Source: Vicugna vicugna (taxonomy: Eukaryota). From it: 51,189 bases of DNA. The number at the start of each line of letters is the position of its first letter. Within the stretch, counting starts at the first letter, position 1. A program made the translations under genes and the position numbers. A model generated the notes under the pieces. That model did no database searches. It worked only from the letters and a program-made list of their open reading frames with translations, and was not told the DNA's origin. Where the stretch lies: the NCBI GenBank assembly GCA_013265495.1, contig MU058718.1, positions 4,667,438 through 4,718,626 of the forward strand. Direction: 5' to 3'. Shown one piece after another: positions 37,545-49,925 of this stretch.

Positions 37545-37672
37545 ATTTTTCCTGTTAGACTATAACCTGGAGACAAAGAACTGACTATCTTATTCATCAT
37601 TGTAACCTCAGTGTCCAGTGCCTGGATATAGTAGGTACTCACTAAATTTTCTGAATAAATCAATGAATAAGT
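37545..37672 (+). mobile_element. L2 3' end
   Basis: ttagactataacc...gtgcctggatatagtaggtactcactaaattttctgaataaat. Confidence 0.65.
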
Positions 37673-38639
37673 AAATTTTGTTGGTTAGTTGACTGATGAA
37701 CTAAAAGGCACTTACTAAACCCCTAGAAACCCTGGAGAAGCCCCAAGGAAGTGGATGCTAAGTACATAAATGGCAGATTCTATTGCATATTGAAGACAGA
37801 TCTGTGGCTCAGTTGAACAATTAAATCAAGACATTTGGGTATAACTACCTTCTGGCCCAACTATTTGTACGGAACTCCCCTAGAGAGAGCCAGGAGGCAT
37901 CACCATGTATGAGACAGGTGAGACTGGAGAACCACTGTTACCTTGGAGCCCTTTTGGGCTCTAGCATTGGACCTACTTCTCCTGGACCTACCTACGCTGA
38001 GACTTTCCCTTCTTGTGTCCATCACCCTGGCAATGAGCTTGCAGGCTCATCTCTGTGTGTCCTTGGGCGTGTGGCTCTGGCATAAAACTGTGCAGGTGCT
38101 TAACTTGGGGGCAACATGCTGCCAAAATGACTTGTCCTGTGAGAACCAAATGGCGTTGTCTGCTGCAGTGTCCCTTCTGTGTCAAGTTAATGCGGTCCTG
38201 GTTGTGCTCCTAAGGTCAACTGAGTTTCTGATAAAAATGAGCTGAGCTAATAAACAATTAAAAAAACAGAATATGGTGAACTCAGTGAGACTCTGTACTA
38301 GGACCGTCTCCTATGCGGAATTTAAAGGCCATTCAGTGTGTCTTTACGTTCAGTTCATCAGACTTTTGATAGACTGTTTGGAGGTTCTTTTCTTTAATCA
38401 TCAACTTTTTATATAAAGTAACACATTTATTTATTTATCTTAAAAACAGTGTCTGCTATGAGTGAAAAAACAAAACAAATAAAAAACTTGAAAAAAATCT
38501 AAGGATCCCATAGGGGTAAACCACAGGCCATTTACATAAATTTGATTAAAGTCTATTACTTGGCATTAGACCTATTTTTTAAATTAACATACATAGGATA
38601 TGGTTACAGATATAAAACATTAAGTTCCTCAAGTTATAA

Positions 38640-39080
38640 TGTTGAGTTCCTTAGCTATGGCCCATAAAATAATGTCCAAATTCTTCACTTTAAAAATCTG
38701 GGCTCTTTAAGATTGGGTCCAGACCTATCTTTAGAAACTTATTTCTCATTACCCTCACTCATGACTTTTTATTTTAGCCTAAACCTTTACTCTCCATAAA
38801 TATGCTTTTGATCATGCTATTTCCCTGCCTGGAGTTTTGACTTTCTCTTCTTCCCTTTTCCTTATTCCTGGATCTGGAAATGGTCTTACCTCTCTTACCG
38901 CAGCTTCTCTCTTGCTGTCTGTGCTGTTTTATCTTTATTCAGCTCCTTGTATGTATCTTATCATCCCCACTAGACTGTAGTGACCTCTTTAGGGGAGGAT
39001 GCAGGTCTGGTTCTTTTCAAGCTCTCCCAGAACATAGCATAGCATCTTGCACTGAGTAGGTTTTCAATGAATCTTTGTAA
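38640..39080 (+). mobile_element. L2 3' fragment
   Basis: ccccactagactgtag...cttgcactgagtaggttttcaatgaatctttg. Confidence 0.55.
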
Positions 39081-39269
39081 GTAGATTAAACTTTTAAACA
39101 GTTGGAATTAATGTCATATGTAGGAGGCATCCAGGGAGCTGCCTGAGCCTGAGGAATCTGGAAATAATAGTACAAATCCATATAGTTCCCATTATCCAAA
39201 CCACAAACTATAGTCAGCTCTAAATAGTTTCATCACTGACCAATTCACCTTTTGGAGGAGGTATTTGGT

Positions 39270-39440
39270 TTAGAGTTTGGTGTCAGAAAGACCTGGGTTA
39301 GCCTTGTGGCCTTGTGAAAATGAGTGAAACCTCATTCTTTGTATCTGTAAAGTGGGAAAATAGTAGTTCCCGAGGAGAGTTGTCATGATGACTAAATAAA
39401 TAAGGGAAGACTTTTACAGTGTCTGCCAACTCAATAAATG
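39270..39440 (+). mobile_element. MIR
   Basis: tttggtgtcagaaagacctgggtt...cctcattctttgtatctgtaaagtgggaaaatagtag. Confidence 0.7.
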
Positions 39441-41199
39441 TCAAATAGACAAGACTTAGAATAACGGTTCAATCCAAGGGGAGAGGCAGTAGGGTGTTGG
39501 GGGCTCTCCCACCATCATCTGAGTTTTGACTGGAGTTTTCATGGATGAAATCCGGAGCTTCATGGGCTATTTTTACCTTGCTTTGAACTGGGGTCAGTCT
39601 GATGACCAGCTCTGTTTTTAACTTTGACGTTGCCTTTTACCCTCTTTTAGGATCAGTGCCCTAGGGCATGACTGTGGTCCTCCTCAGTGGGCACACAGAC
39701 CTCTCTAGTCTGATGCTTCTGTCTGATGGGATCATGGGACTCTGACCTTGATCCATTCCACGCCACTATTCTCCCAACCCCGATCAGGAGAACCCGAGGA
39801 ACATGGGAAACTCTTCCTGATAAAGCACCACACTCTTCCAGGGGAGGCTGAAATGTGTGGATGGTGTTTTCATGAGGCACTGTTACATAACAGTCAACGT
39901 ACACAGGAACAACCGTAAGGCCTGATGTATGGCTCTATATGGGCAACTGTGTCTTATTTTATTGTCATTTCCTATTCTATAATGTTATTTGTTGTGCTAA
40001 TGTAATGCACTTTACTATAGCTTCTAAATATATTCTAGCTAAACAATATAATTAATTATTATTATTCATTCTTGTATTTGTGAGAGACAAGTTAGTATTC
40101 CATTCATTTTCAAAACCGATTCACGGTAGTGAGGTAACTTTTTGTGTGAGAGAAACTTCTCAGGAAGGGATTACAACCAGGCAACTCCTCAGCTGAAGGA
40201 CCAGACCGTTCCCCAAACCCTCAAGCCAACTTTCTTTTTGATAAACTACATCTGGAACGTGGTCAAGAGGCTGTTATTACTGCAGTGTGGAAACATGAGA
40301 GAATTCTAACTTTAAGTGACACTCACTTCTTATGCACTTAACATTTTCATGACAATTTCTTCAAACTCTACAGAAAAAAAAAATGCTGAAATGTGAATGC
40401 TCTGAATGAGTCATGCTGCACTCAAGGGAATTAAGTTATCCTTATTTCTGTGGGTTATTGAACCCACGCATTTGATTTATTTCCTGTCATCTGTTTTGTA
40501 GAGTGTATATTGGAGTGAATAAGGGGTAAGTGAATTTTCACAAGACCTTGGAGTTGGAAACAGCATTCGGGATCATGCCCAATACAAGAAGCCCCGCCCC
40601 CCTACTCCTGACAGGTGGACCTGAGCTGCGTTTTACACATTTTCAATGACGAGCTGACTTACCACTTCGGGCACTTCAGTTTTCAAAAACTATACATTGT
40701 TAGAGGGTTCTTTTCCTTCTTTTCCTCCTTCCCTTTCTCTCTCTCTTTTCATCCTTTTCCTTCTTCTGTTGTAAGTGAAAATCTGATTTGTTTATATTTC
40801 CACTCACAGGTCCTCCAGAGCCATATATATATTATATATATTTTTCTTCCCCACGTTAGCTCTTTTGGTGATTGATGCTAACTCTCATGCTGGCCCCAGG
40901 GAGCCTGGTGTCAGGGATAAATATCACAGTTTCATCAGTCATTCTTCACGGACAGGTTTCTCAGTCCTTCACTTCTCTGGATGAGCTTTAGTTTATTAAG
41001 CATCACTTTTAACACTTGGAATCCAGACTGGAAGGTTGTGTTGTGGACAACGAGCTGTGCCTTCCACGCCCTAAGCACTGTAGTCTGTTAACTACTACCA
41101 GAGCCGTTAAACACTGTCCTTCCACCAGAATGATGTCTGCGTCACTTACATCGTATTATTGGTTCATATGATGGCAATTGAAATTCCTGGGTCTTTTTC

Positions 41200-41700
41200 T
41201 TTAAAAATAACTTTCTTCTTATAAAAGTATAGAATATTGTGATTGTAGAAACCTTAGCAAATATAGGTAAGAAAATAGAAAAAAATCACCTGAGTAAATT
41301 CTTTATACTTTAAGAATGTATATTCTCAAATATATACACCCATGTATTTGTATATTTTACAAAAGTGAATAATACTAGACATATTAATTTATAATCTGCT
41401 TTTTCAACTTTTTAATATCATAAAAAATCTTTCCACTCTAGTAAATATGAAATTACTTTATAATATTTGATGTTTTTATAGTTTTCCATTGGGCAGATGT
41501 ACCACGGTTTATTTAACTATTTCCCAAATGATAGTTATTTAAGGTGTTAAATTTTTCTTTTTCAATAATGAACAATGCAGTGATGGATATTCTTGTACAT
41601 CCATTTGCATATTTATTTGATAAATTCCCAGCAGGGGAATTGCTAAATCAGAACAGGCACAACTCCAGAAACTGCTGGCCAATTTACACTTCCTCTGGCA
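41200..41700 (-). mobile_element. Ancient L1ME-type 3' fragment
   Basis: ttccattgggcagatgtaccacggtttatttaac...aatgcagtgatggatattcttgtacat...ccaatttacacttcc. Confidence 0.6.
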
Positions 41701-41838
41701 GCACAGGAGATTGGGCTCCTGGTCGATTCTGATGATAATAAGGGTGGTGGGGGGCCAGGTGTACCACAGGAACTTGGAAATGTGGACATGGGGACAACGT
41801 GCTTGGCAAATGCTCAGGTACATTCTTGTTATCGGTGA

Positions 41839-41880
41839 GTGTGCACGTGTGTGTGTGTGTGCATGTGCGCGTGTGTGTAT
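41839..41880. repeat. Imperfect (GT)n alternating tract
   Basis: gtgtgcacgtgtgtgtgtgtgtgcatgtgcgcgtgtgtgtat. Confidence 0.9.
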
Positions 41881-43819
41881 CTGGCAGATTTCCACGCGTG
41901 TGGAAATAAGAAAACGCCTAGCTGAGCATGTGCAAATGAGAGAAAGTTGTGTACCAGGGTTTATGGGAGGAGAGGTGACAGAGGACAGTGTTGGTGATGC
42001 CATGTGAGGAGCTTGAATAAGAACCACTTTGAGGGGATTCTTTGAGGTGTAGGAAAGAGTCCTGTAGGATCTAGTCTGTGCAACTGGATTCCTTGGTCAG
42101 TCTTAGATTATAGGGATAAAGAGCTTTTCTGACATTAGCATCTCTGCTCAGTTCCTTATGTTGTTCCTGTGGCTCTCACAGCTGCAATGACTGGAGATCC
42201 ACCTGCCACTCGCTAGGCCATCTACCAGCCTGCCTAGCTGGACTTCTTCCTGAAATCTGGTATCTTGTCTTCAATACCACGCTCTGGCCTCCTGGATTTC
42301 TGCAGCTGACCTTAGCTTCTTGATCTGAAGTTTTACTCCCATGTCCTTTTTAAAATTGGATTTATGTCTCTGGGAACAAGAACTGGCTTTCAATGATCAT
42401 ATTCCAGAAATTAATATGGTATCTGTAACATAGATTTTCTAGGGTATCCCTAAAGATTTGAGAAACAAACAATTAAATATGACTTATTTTTTAAAAAGTT
42501 TGTAAATATTTTTGTATCAGTTGATTTAAAAATAGGAGAAATCCTTTGTTAGGCAAACCTCGGTCAGCCTAAGTAAAACACTTTCTTAGTTTATTAAGAA
42601 TAAACTGTCATTCTTTAGTTTAACACCCCTCAGTAGCATCCCATCACTCTTAGGGAAAAGTACACACTGCTCAGTGCCCTCTTCAGTCCTGTGTCCCAGC
42701 AAACCCTGCTTTGTTCTTTATCCCCAGTTACTCCACACTTCCTTTATCTCAGATACACACATTTCCTCTGTCTGGATGCTCTACTCTTCTTTCTCTGCCT
42801 GCAAATTATTACTTAATCTTCCAGATTGGGTTCAGACATTATCTCCTCCAGGAAGACTGCCCTGATTTTTCCCTGACTCTAGGCCAAGGGGATCAAATGG
42901 ATCAAGGTGTCTCATGAGACTGAACTGAGCACAGACTCCTCTAGGTTGCCTTGGCTGCATGATCTCCCTCTCTCCACCATGAAAATGAAATCATGGTAGG
43001 AAATGCCACAAGTGAGTAAAGTAAATATTAATCAGAGGAGAAGCAGCCACGGTTTAGCTAGCAGCAGCCTGAGGTGAGGTCTGTGAAGGAGATTTGGAGG
43101 GATTTGAGCAGCAGACAAATGAAATCACGAGAGAAGGAGTATTGGCTGTGTGTATAAAAAGGATAAAGCAGTCCTGCTGGATGTAGTTGTGGTCCCTGTG
43201 GTACCTGTAGCCAATAAACTAATGTCCACGTGGCTTCACGTACCTTGTCTGATTCTATTGCGCCTGGCAGGGAGAGGGGTAGCAGATCAGCGCTACTAAG
43301 GCCTAGGGTGAGGCAGAGCAGACTCTCCTAGTGGACTGGGGACCCTGGAGGGTCATCTCAGAACAGAATGGGAAACTACTTCATACTGGTTTCAATTGTC
43401 TCTGTTCCTACACATGTCGCCATCATTCCCCACCACGGGCATTCCTTCTCCTAAGTCCTTTCTTGGGCTCTGCCGTGTCGCTGGACCCCTTCTCTTGTTC
43501 CATGCTGATTTTTCTCTCCTTTCGTCCTTGGAGTCTGGACTCTTGTACCTTCACTCCATTACATCCTTTTGAGCTCATCGGTGAAAAGTTCATAACTCCT
43601 CTCAGTCTGTTCCCCCGACTAGGGTACCTCTGCATCAGCAGAAAAGATCGTTCATGAGCTTTCCCACGCAGAAGGCTGGTTTTCCTGTTAATCTATACAG
43701 CTGCTTCAGAAGCAATTGTTGTCCTTTATTTCTGAAAGCAAATCTTCTTTCCTGGGCGCTTTAGAGTGTTTCTAGGGGTGGCGTATTGAGAGAAATGGGA
43801 GAGGACTCTGGAATAGGAG

Positions 43820-44020
43820 AAAGAACCTTGGTCTCTGAGTCAGAAGACACTGTTTTAAATGTGCAGATGTGTGACACTGGGCGAGCCCTTTAATCTCTCT
43901 GAGCTCTGGTTGCCTTATATTAAACCAGGAATAACAATAATGGTTGTCGCAAGGATGCAAGAAGAAATGCATTTAGGGTGAGCAGGACAGGGGCTGGATC
44001 AGAGCAGTTGCTCAAAATTG
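43820..44020 (+). mobile_element. MIR
   Basis: tgtgtgacactgggcgagccctttaatctctctgagctctggttgccttatattaaacc. Confidence 0.7.
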
Positions 44021-44134
44021 TAGTCATTTTTTTTAAAAAAAGATACTTCTTATTTCTGTGGTATTATTAGTCATTATTGTGGCGATGGTCTTGTTTATCT
44101 TTTTTATTTTTTTTCTCCTTTGAGTCTCATAATC

Positions 44135-45065
44135 TCACACCCCAGCCAACACTTGGCATTACCCAGCTTTCTGAGGTTTGGCACTCTAATTGTTGTACAG
44201 TTAGATTTCATTGTTTTTTTAACTTTCCTTTCCCTGATTACTCATGGATTTGAGGGTCCATCCATGTGCTTGTTAGTCTTCAGGGTTTCTTTTATTGTAA
44301 ATTGCATTTCCTAATCCTTTGCCTGTTTTTCCTTGAGACTGCTATCTTTTTATTTTGGATTTAGTGATTTCTTAGGCATTCTAGATATTAATCTAGAACA
44401 AGTACAGCTTTGTGGATACCTTCTCCCACTCTGTTAGTGCTGTATTAGTTATACCCATGGTATTCTTTACTGAACTAAAAAGCTTAATTTTGACAAAGCC
44501 TAATTAGTCAATGTTTTGCCTCTGGGTTTGTGCTTTTGCAGTTTGTTTAAGAAGTCCTTTCTCATCCTTAGTTCGTGTTGGATATCCTACGTTTTCTTCT
44601 ACTAGCCATTATAGCTTTTAGGGAATTGTTATGGAATTAATGTTTCCATCTCCCCCAGATTCATACATGGCAATCCTAACCCCCAATGTAATGGTATTCA
44701 GAGATAGGGCCGTTGAGAGAATTAGGTCTTCAGGGTGGCAGCCTCATGAATGGGATTAGTGCCCTCTTAAGAAGAGACATGGGAGAGCTTGCCTCTTCTC
44801 TGTCTCCTCTCCTTCAGGTGAAGATACAGCAAGAAGACGGCCATCCATAAACCAGGAAGTGGGCCTTCACCCGACACCAGGTCTGCCAGCACCTTGATAT
44901 TGGTATCCCAACCTCAGAACTGGGAGAAATACATATTTACTGTTTAAGCCAGGCAGAATATGATATTCTATTACAGCAGCCTGAACTAAGACCATAATTA
45001 ATCCAGTTTGAGTTTGTGTAGGGCTTTGCATGTGGTTGAGCAGGGATCCAGTTTTATTTTCCTTC
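44135..45065 (-). mobile_element. Ancient L1 ORF2 fragment interrupted by MLT1
   Basis: cacaccccagccaacacttggcatt...tccctgattactcatgg...ccttctcccactctg...tttaagaagtcctt. Confidence 0.7.
44627..44993 (+). mobile_element. MLT1A/B-type MaLR solo LTR
   Basis: tgttatgga...aatcctaacccccaatgtaatggtatt...ctcatgaatgggattagtgccc...ttacagcagcctgaactaagac. Confidence 0.88.
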
Positions 45066-45170
45066 TTGTTGTCTTTGTTATATTCCTAGGACTTAATTGG
45101 TATACAGTTGTGTTCAGTAAAGTCTGTTGAATGAAGGAACTGAGGTTTCCTCCGAAGTGGGGAAAAGAAG

Positions 45171-45240
45171 TGTTTGTGTGTATGTGTGAAGTGTGTGTGT
45201 GTGGGGTGTGAGTTTGTGGGGTCTGAGTGTGTGTGTATGT
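45171..45240. repeat. Imperfect (TG)n microsatellite
   Basis: Read directly. Confidence 0.8.
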
Positions 45241-47559
45241 AAATCCTGTGAAGGATATTTCCCTCTGACTGAGGAGGAACCTGGTGAGAACTGATGGGCA
45301 GAATCCCTTCCTACTGCCCCCAGCTCAAATGCTGACTCAGGGCATGTGTCAGGGCGGGAAGAAGGGAAGGGAAGAATAGATTTAAGAAAATACCTGTTGA
45401 TTGAAATTTACTCAAATTTCTCTTTTCAATTCAGTGTTATTTGAATCAGACTGTGATGGAGTTAAGGATTGTATTAAAATATGTAAGAGTTGGTACTGCA
45501 CAGACACTGAGCAATTAGAATGAATGCTTTTGATATGTCATCCTGGTATGTTCTGACTGGATATTAACCATGGAAACAATAGCTGCTAGATGTTATTAAA
45601 TGATAATACATATAAAAGGGCTTTGTGAACTAAAGATTTACAAAAATGCTAGGCAATACTATTATTATATTTATTTGCCTGATTACAAATGGAATTTAAA
45701 AAACCCTTTTTTTCTATATAATATTGATTCTGGTTGCTGAAATACAACTCTATGAACCAATTGTTGAAAGAAGCCAATTAATTAAAAAAAACTTACTTGA
45801 CTTTCCTGAAAAATTCCCTGCATCTCAGTGTGACCTGACATCAGGGTCAACCAGCTCTAAAGAATGTTACCTCTTCTTTGATCTATGACCTTGTTGAATT
45901 TATAGTTCAGAAAAGTTAGAGGACAGCTTTGTGGTTCTCCAGTCTGATTTATGACTGTTTTCCTATTTTTAGCTGGATGTAGGGAAACCGATTCCAGTAG
46001 GTGGAGCTCTTTCTCAATGTTTGTTCAGTTTTCACCAAGGTGGAGACTTCTCTTTTACCGTTCTTTCTACACTGACTTAGTCATAACTTAGTACAGATAC
46101 TTACAGTGCCTGAAATTAGCATCAAATGTCGGTTATGTGTTTCTGTAAAATAAATTTTTCACCAAGATGTTTAATAGAACAGCTATGGCTAATTTCCTTC
46201 TGAGAGCTGATGAAACGCCACTGTTGTTTCTTTCCCCCTCTTTGATTATCTGCATCAAAGACTCAAAATGCCTACACTTTACTATGAAGCTATGTCCAGG
46301 TCCACGATCAAATACTGCATCTTTGATCCAAATTCTAATCGTGCATATCAATGCCCTGGCTCTTGTGTTACATGGTCTGTGTTGCCTCACTCCTCCTGTA
46401 TGTTAACAATTTTGAATGTGGGGCTTAGAAGCTGCAAATGTATTTGATCATAAATACGCATATAGCAAGAGAGTTCTTTCTGGTCTGGATAATCCATTTA
46501 ATGCCACATCTACAGGCCTCTCTATCAACTTGGAATTATGCATAGGAAACAGAATTAAAAGAAAGAAATGTCTAGAGATTGTCACTTGAGAAGCAATATG
46601 CTGAATTTTAAAATAGACATTCCTGAAATAATGAGCCAATTTCTGGGCTTAGGAGGATTTTAATTTTTTGAAAAAGTTAGTAATGTATTTAGTTAAGGAA
46701 ATGCCATCTGAAATCTAAACTATAGAGTATAGCTTGAACTAATTTACTAGTAGACATTAACAAAATTCAAAACTTACATATGGAAATCAATAGAAAAGTT
46801 GTGATATCGTTTCTTCAGTGAACCTTCAGGAATTTTGTGCAGGAATAAAAAAAATGTAGCCAAGATGTCCAGCATCTGTGCCCACAGGTGTGAGAGCAGA
46901 AAATATAGCACATTCTTTTTTCATTTGTCCTGTTTTCTTCTCCCCCTGCCACCCTCTTTTCTGATGTTCGACTTGTGGCAATATTGAAAGCACATCTCAA
47001 GTATGTGGTATTTTTCTACCATTAGCTTTGAACCATGATGAGTTGGCAGTAACAATGCATTAGTGGGGTGTAGTGAACCAGGTATATTAGGCTGTCTGCT
47101 AAGGTGCTGAGAGATGTTTAAGGAAATTAGAGATAAGGAGGAGTAGCTGCTGCAATAGTTCCCTGAAGTTTCTAGGTATTAGGCAGGAAGACTGGAGATC
47201 ACCCCAGTCATTTCATTGCTACTGTCCACTCTTCATGCTTCAAGGTGAATAGTAGGAAATATATGTGAACTTAAGTCTACAGATACTTACTAAGCACTCA
47301 AAAAAAATGTTACTAGCAGGACTCAGGGATCTGAATAAACATGGATTTTGCCTTTATGAAGGACACACACAAAAGAATAATTGTAACTATTGTGATAAGC
47401 GTTGTAATAAAGATCTATATATTTGTATTTCTGTATATTTATGAAGTGAATTCATTTCTTTGACTCTGGGTTTCCTCATATGCTTTTCCCCACTTAATAT
47501 GCATCTATTAAGTTCCAATGAATGTACCATAGACTTTTCACATTTTTTCAAATAATTTA

Positions 47560-47720
47560 ATTTAATCTCCATAACAAGCTTTGAGGAGGATATTATTAAC
47601 CATAGTTTTCAGATAAGATTTGAAGCAGTTAGAAAAGCAATGTTCCACTGTCCACAGTTTGTTATCTGTAATGTTCTTTTCCAGTGTCACACGCTGGGAC
47701 CTAGATAGTCAGAGGCTTGA
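47560..47720 (-). mobile_element. MIR fragment
   Basis: tttaatctccataacaagctttgaggaggatattattaaccatagttttcagataag. Confidence 0.55.
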
Positions 47721-49664
47721 GTTAATATATTCAGGTAGGATACAGTAGGAACTGTCCAAAATTTGGGGTCTGTAATCCTCATGAAATTATTTAATGTAAA
47801 ATTGTCCTTTTCCTTGAGTGAGTTTATCAGAAGGCCTTCAATATTAAAAGACCAGTGATCTTCCTTTTCTTTAAAAAAAATTGAAATAGATTTGACATAT
47901 AACATTGTGTAAATTTAAGGTGTATAATCTCATTTCCTTGTGGATATTGCAAGAATGTTACTGCATTGGGCTTTCAAGGAGGGCTGCAAGAATCTTTCAG
48001 GAAAAAAATTTTCTCTCCTTTCCTCCTTAGCCTGAAACTGCTACCTCCAGGTGCAATCTTGTCTGTGAAAGTCCCAGCTGAGGGTCCTGTCTAATGATTC
48101 ATTGGCACTTGTTCCCAGAGACAGCAGCTCAGTGGTGAGTTGTGGTGGCACTTTTGATCATAGCTCCTTTCAGAAACCTCTGTGGACTATAACAGCAGCT
48201 ACTTCTCATTATGTCCCATCTCTTTCAATATTGCCTTGGTGTCTTCGCAGACAGTCTCACATTTCAGCACCACAGTGGAGGACAGCTCACAGCACTTTCA
48301 GTACCTATTGAGTTCTTCAGGGGTGGATCTGTGGATGAAGGTGGGTTCACCAGGGAGGTGAGCCAAGGTTACAGGTCTACTGTGAAGTTTCCTTTTAGCA
48401 GTTTTGAACCTCCAAAGCAAGACACAGGTCTTCAGATTCTTCAGTGCAGAGTGAGCTCATATGCTCCTTTGGGTTACTATGAAGTACCTACAATTTCTTC
48501 CAGGCAATATCTAAATAAAAATTCATGTTCATATGCCTCCTCAGGTGGTCGTGAAAGCTGGAAGTAGCCTTAGGGAATCTCATATTTCTCTAAACTGCGT
48601 ACATAGAACTAAGTTTCAGCAGGGTCTCTGGGTTAGGTACTGGAAAATAGTCCCATTTTTAATTCTTGGTGTGTGACTTCTGAGGTATCTCCTGTCATTG
48701 ACTTAGGGAAAAATAACAAAAAACCAACTTTCCCTTGTAAATAGTTCTGCTATGAACATTGGGGTGCATGTATCTTTTCAAATTAGAGTTTTCATTTTTT
48801 TTCGAGATGTATGTCCAGGAATGGAGCTGTTAGATCATATGGTAGTTCTAGTTTTAGTTTTCTAAGGAACCTTCATACTGTTTTCCATAGCGACTGCACC
48901 AATTTACATTCTTACCAACAGTGTAGGAGGGTTCCCTTTTCCTCACACCCTCTCCAGAGTTTAACATTTGTAGACTTCTTGATGATTGCCATTCTGACTG
49001 GTGTGAGGTGATACCTCATTGTGGTTTTGATTTACATTTCTCTAATAATTAGTAATGTTGAGTAACTTTTCACGTGCCTGTTGGCCATCTGCATGTCTTC
49101 TCTGGAGAAATATCTATTTAGGTCTTTCTGCCCATTTTTTGACTGGGTTGTTTTTGTTGTTGTTGTTATTGAGTTGTATGAGCAGTTTGTATATTTTGGA
49201 TATTAACCTTTAGTTGGTCACATCATTTGGAAATATTTGCTCCCATTCTGTATGTTGTCTTTTCATTTTGTTGATGATTTCCTTTGCTGTGCAAATGATT
49301 TTAAGTCTGATTAGGTCCCATTGGTTTATTTTTGCCTTTATTTCCTTTGCCTTGGGAGATGGATCCAAAAAAACATTGCTACAATTTATGTCAGAGAATG
49401 TTTTGCCTGTGTTCTCTTCTAGGAATCTTTATGGTGTCGTGTCTTATATTTAGGCCTTTAAACCATTTTGAGTTTATTTTTGTATATGTGTGAGAAAGTG
49501 TTCTAATTTTATTGATTCACATGTAGCTGTTCAGCTTTCCCAACACCACTTATTAAAGAGACTGTCTTTTCTCCATTGTATATTCTTGCCTTCTTTGTCA
49601 GAGATTAATTGACTGTAGGTTAATTAATTATTATAGATTAATTTTGGGGCTTTCTATTATGTTT

Positions 49665-49732
49665 CATATATATATATTTAGATAGAGATAGATAGATTGT
49701 GTGTGTGTGTGTGTGTATGTGTGTGCATATGT
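49665..49732. repeat. Compound (TA)n/(GATA)n/(TG)n microsatellite
   Basis: Read directly. Confidence 0.9.
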
Positions 49733-49794
49733 GAAGACATGGAAACAACTCAAGTGCCCATCAACAGATGATTGGTTTAAGAAGATGTGGTATA

Positions 49795-49925
49795 GGGGAG
49801 GGTATAGCTCAAGTGGTAGAGCACATGCTTAGCATGTATGAGGTCCTCTGTCAATTCCCAGTACCTCCTCTAAAAATAAATAAATAAGTAAACCTCATTA
49901 CCTCCTCCCTAACCCCACCAAAAAA
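49795..49925 (+). mobile_element. Vic-1-like SINE, long-tail form, inserted in L1
   Basis: ggggagggtatagctcaagtggtagagcacatgcttagcatg. TSD-like aagatgtggtata / aagatgtgagata. Confidence 0.92.

Noticed and set aside
41539..42027. 162-aa minus-strand ORF
   Set aside because: It is built from a (CA)n tract and an old L1 remnant, with no coding signature.
48030..48700. Weak minus-strand resemblance to Gypsy RT-RNase H (FKTAKRKLHSRPVTLAH...NEK*LLL)
   Set aside because: The diagnostic DAS and GAVL motifs are absent. It would need a Dfam or TBLASTN hit to be credible.
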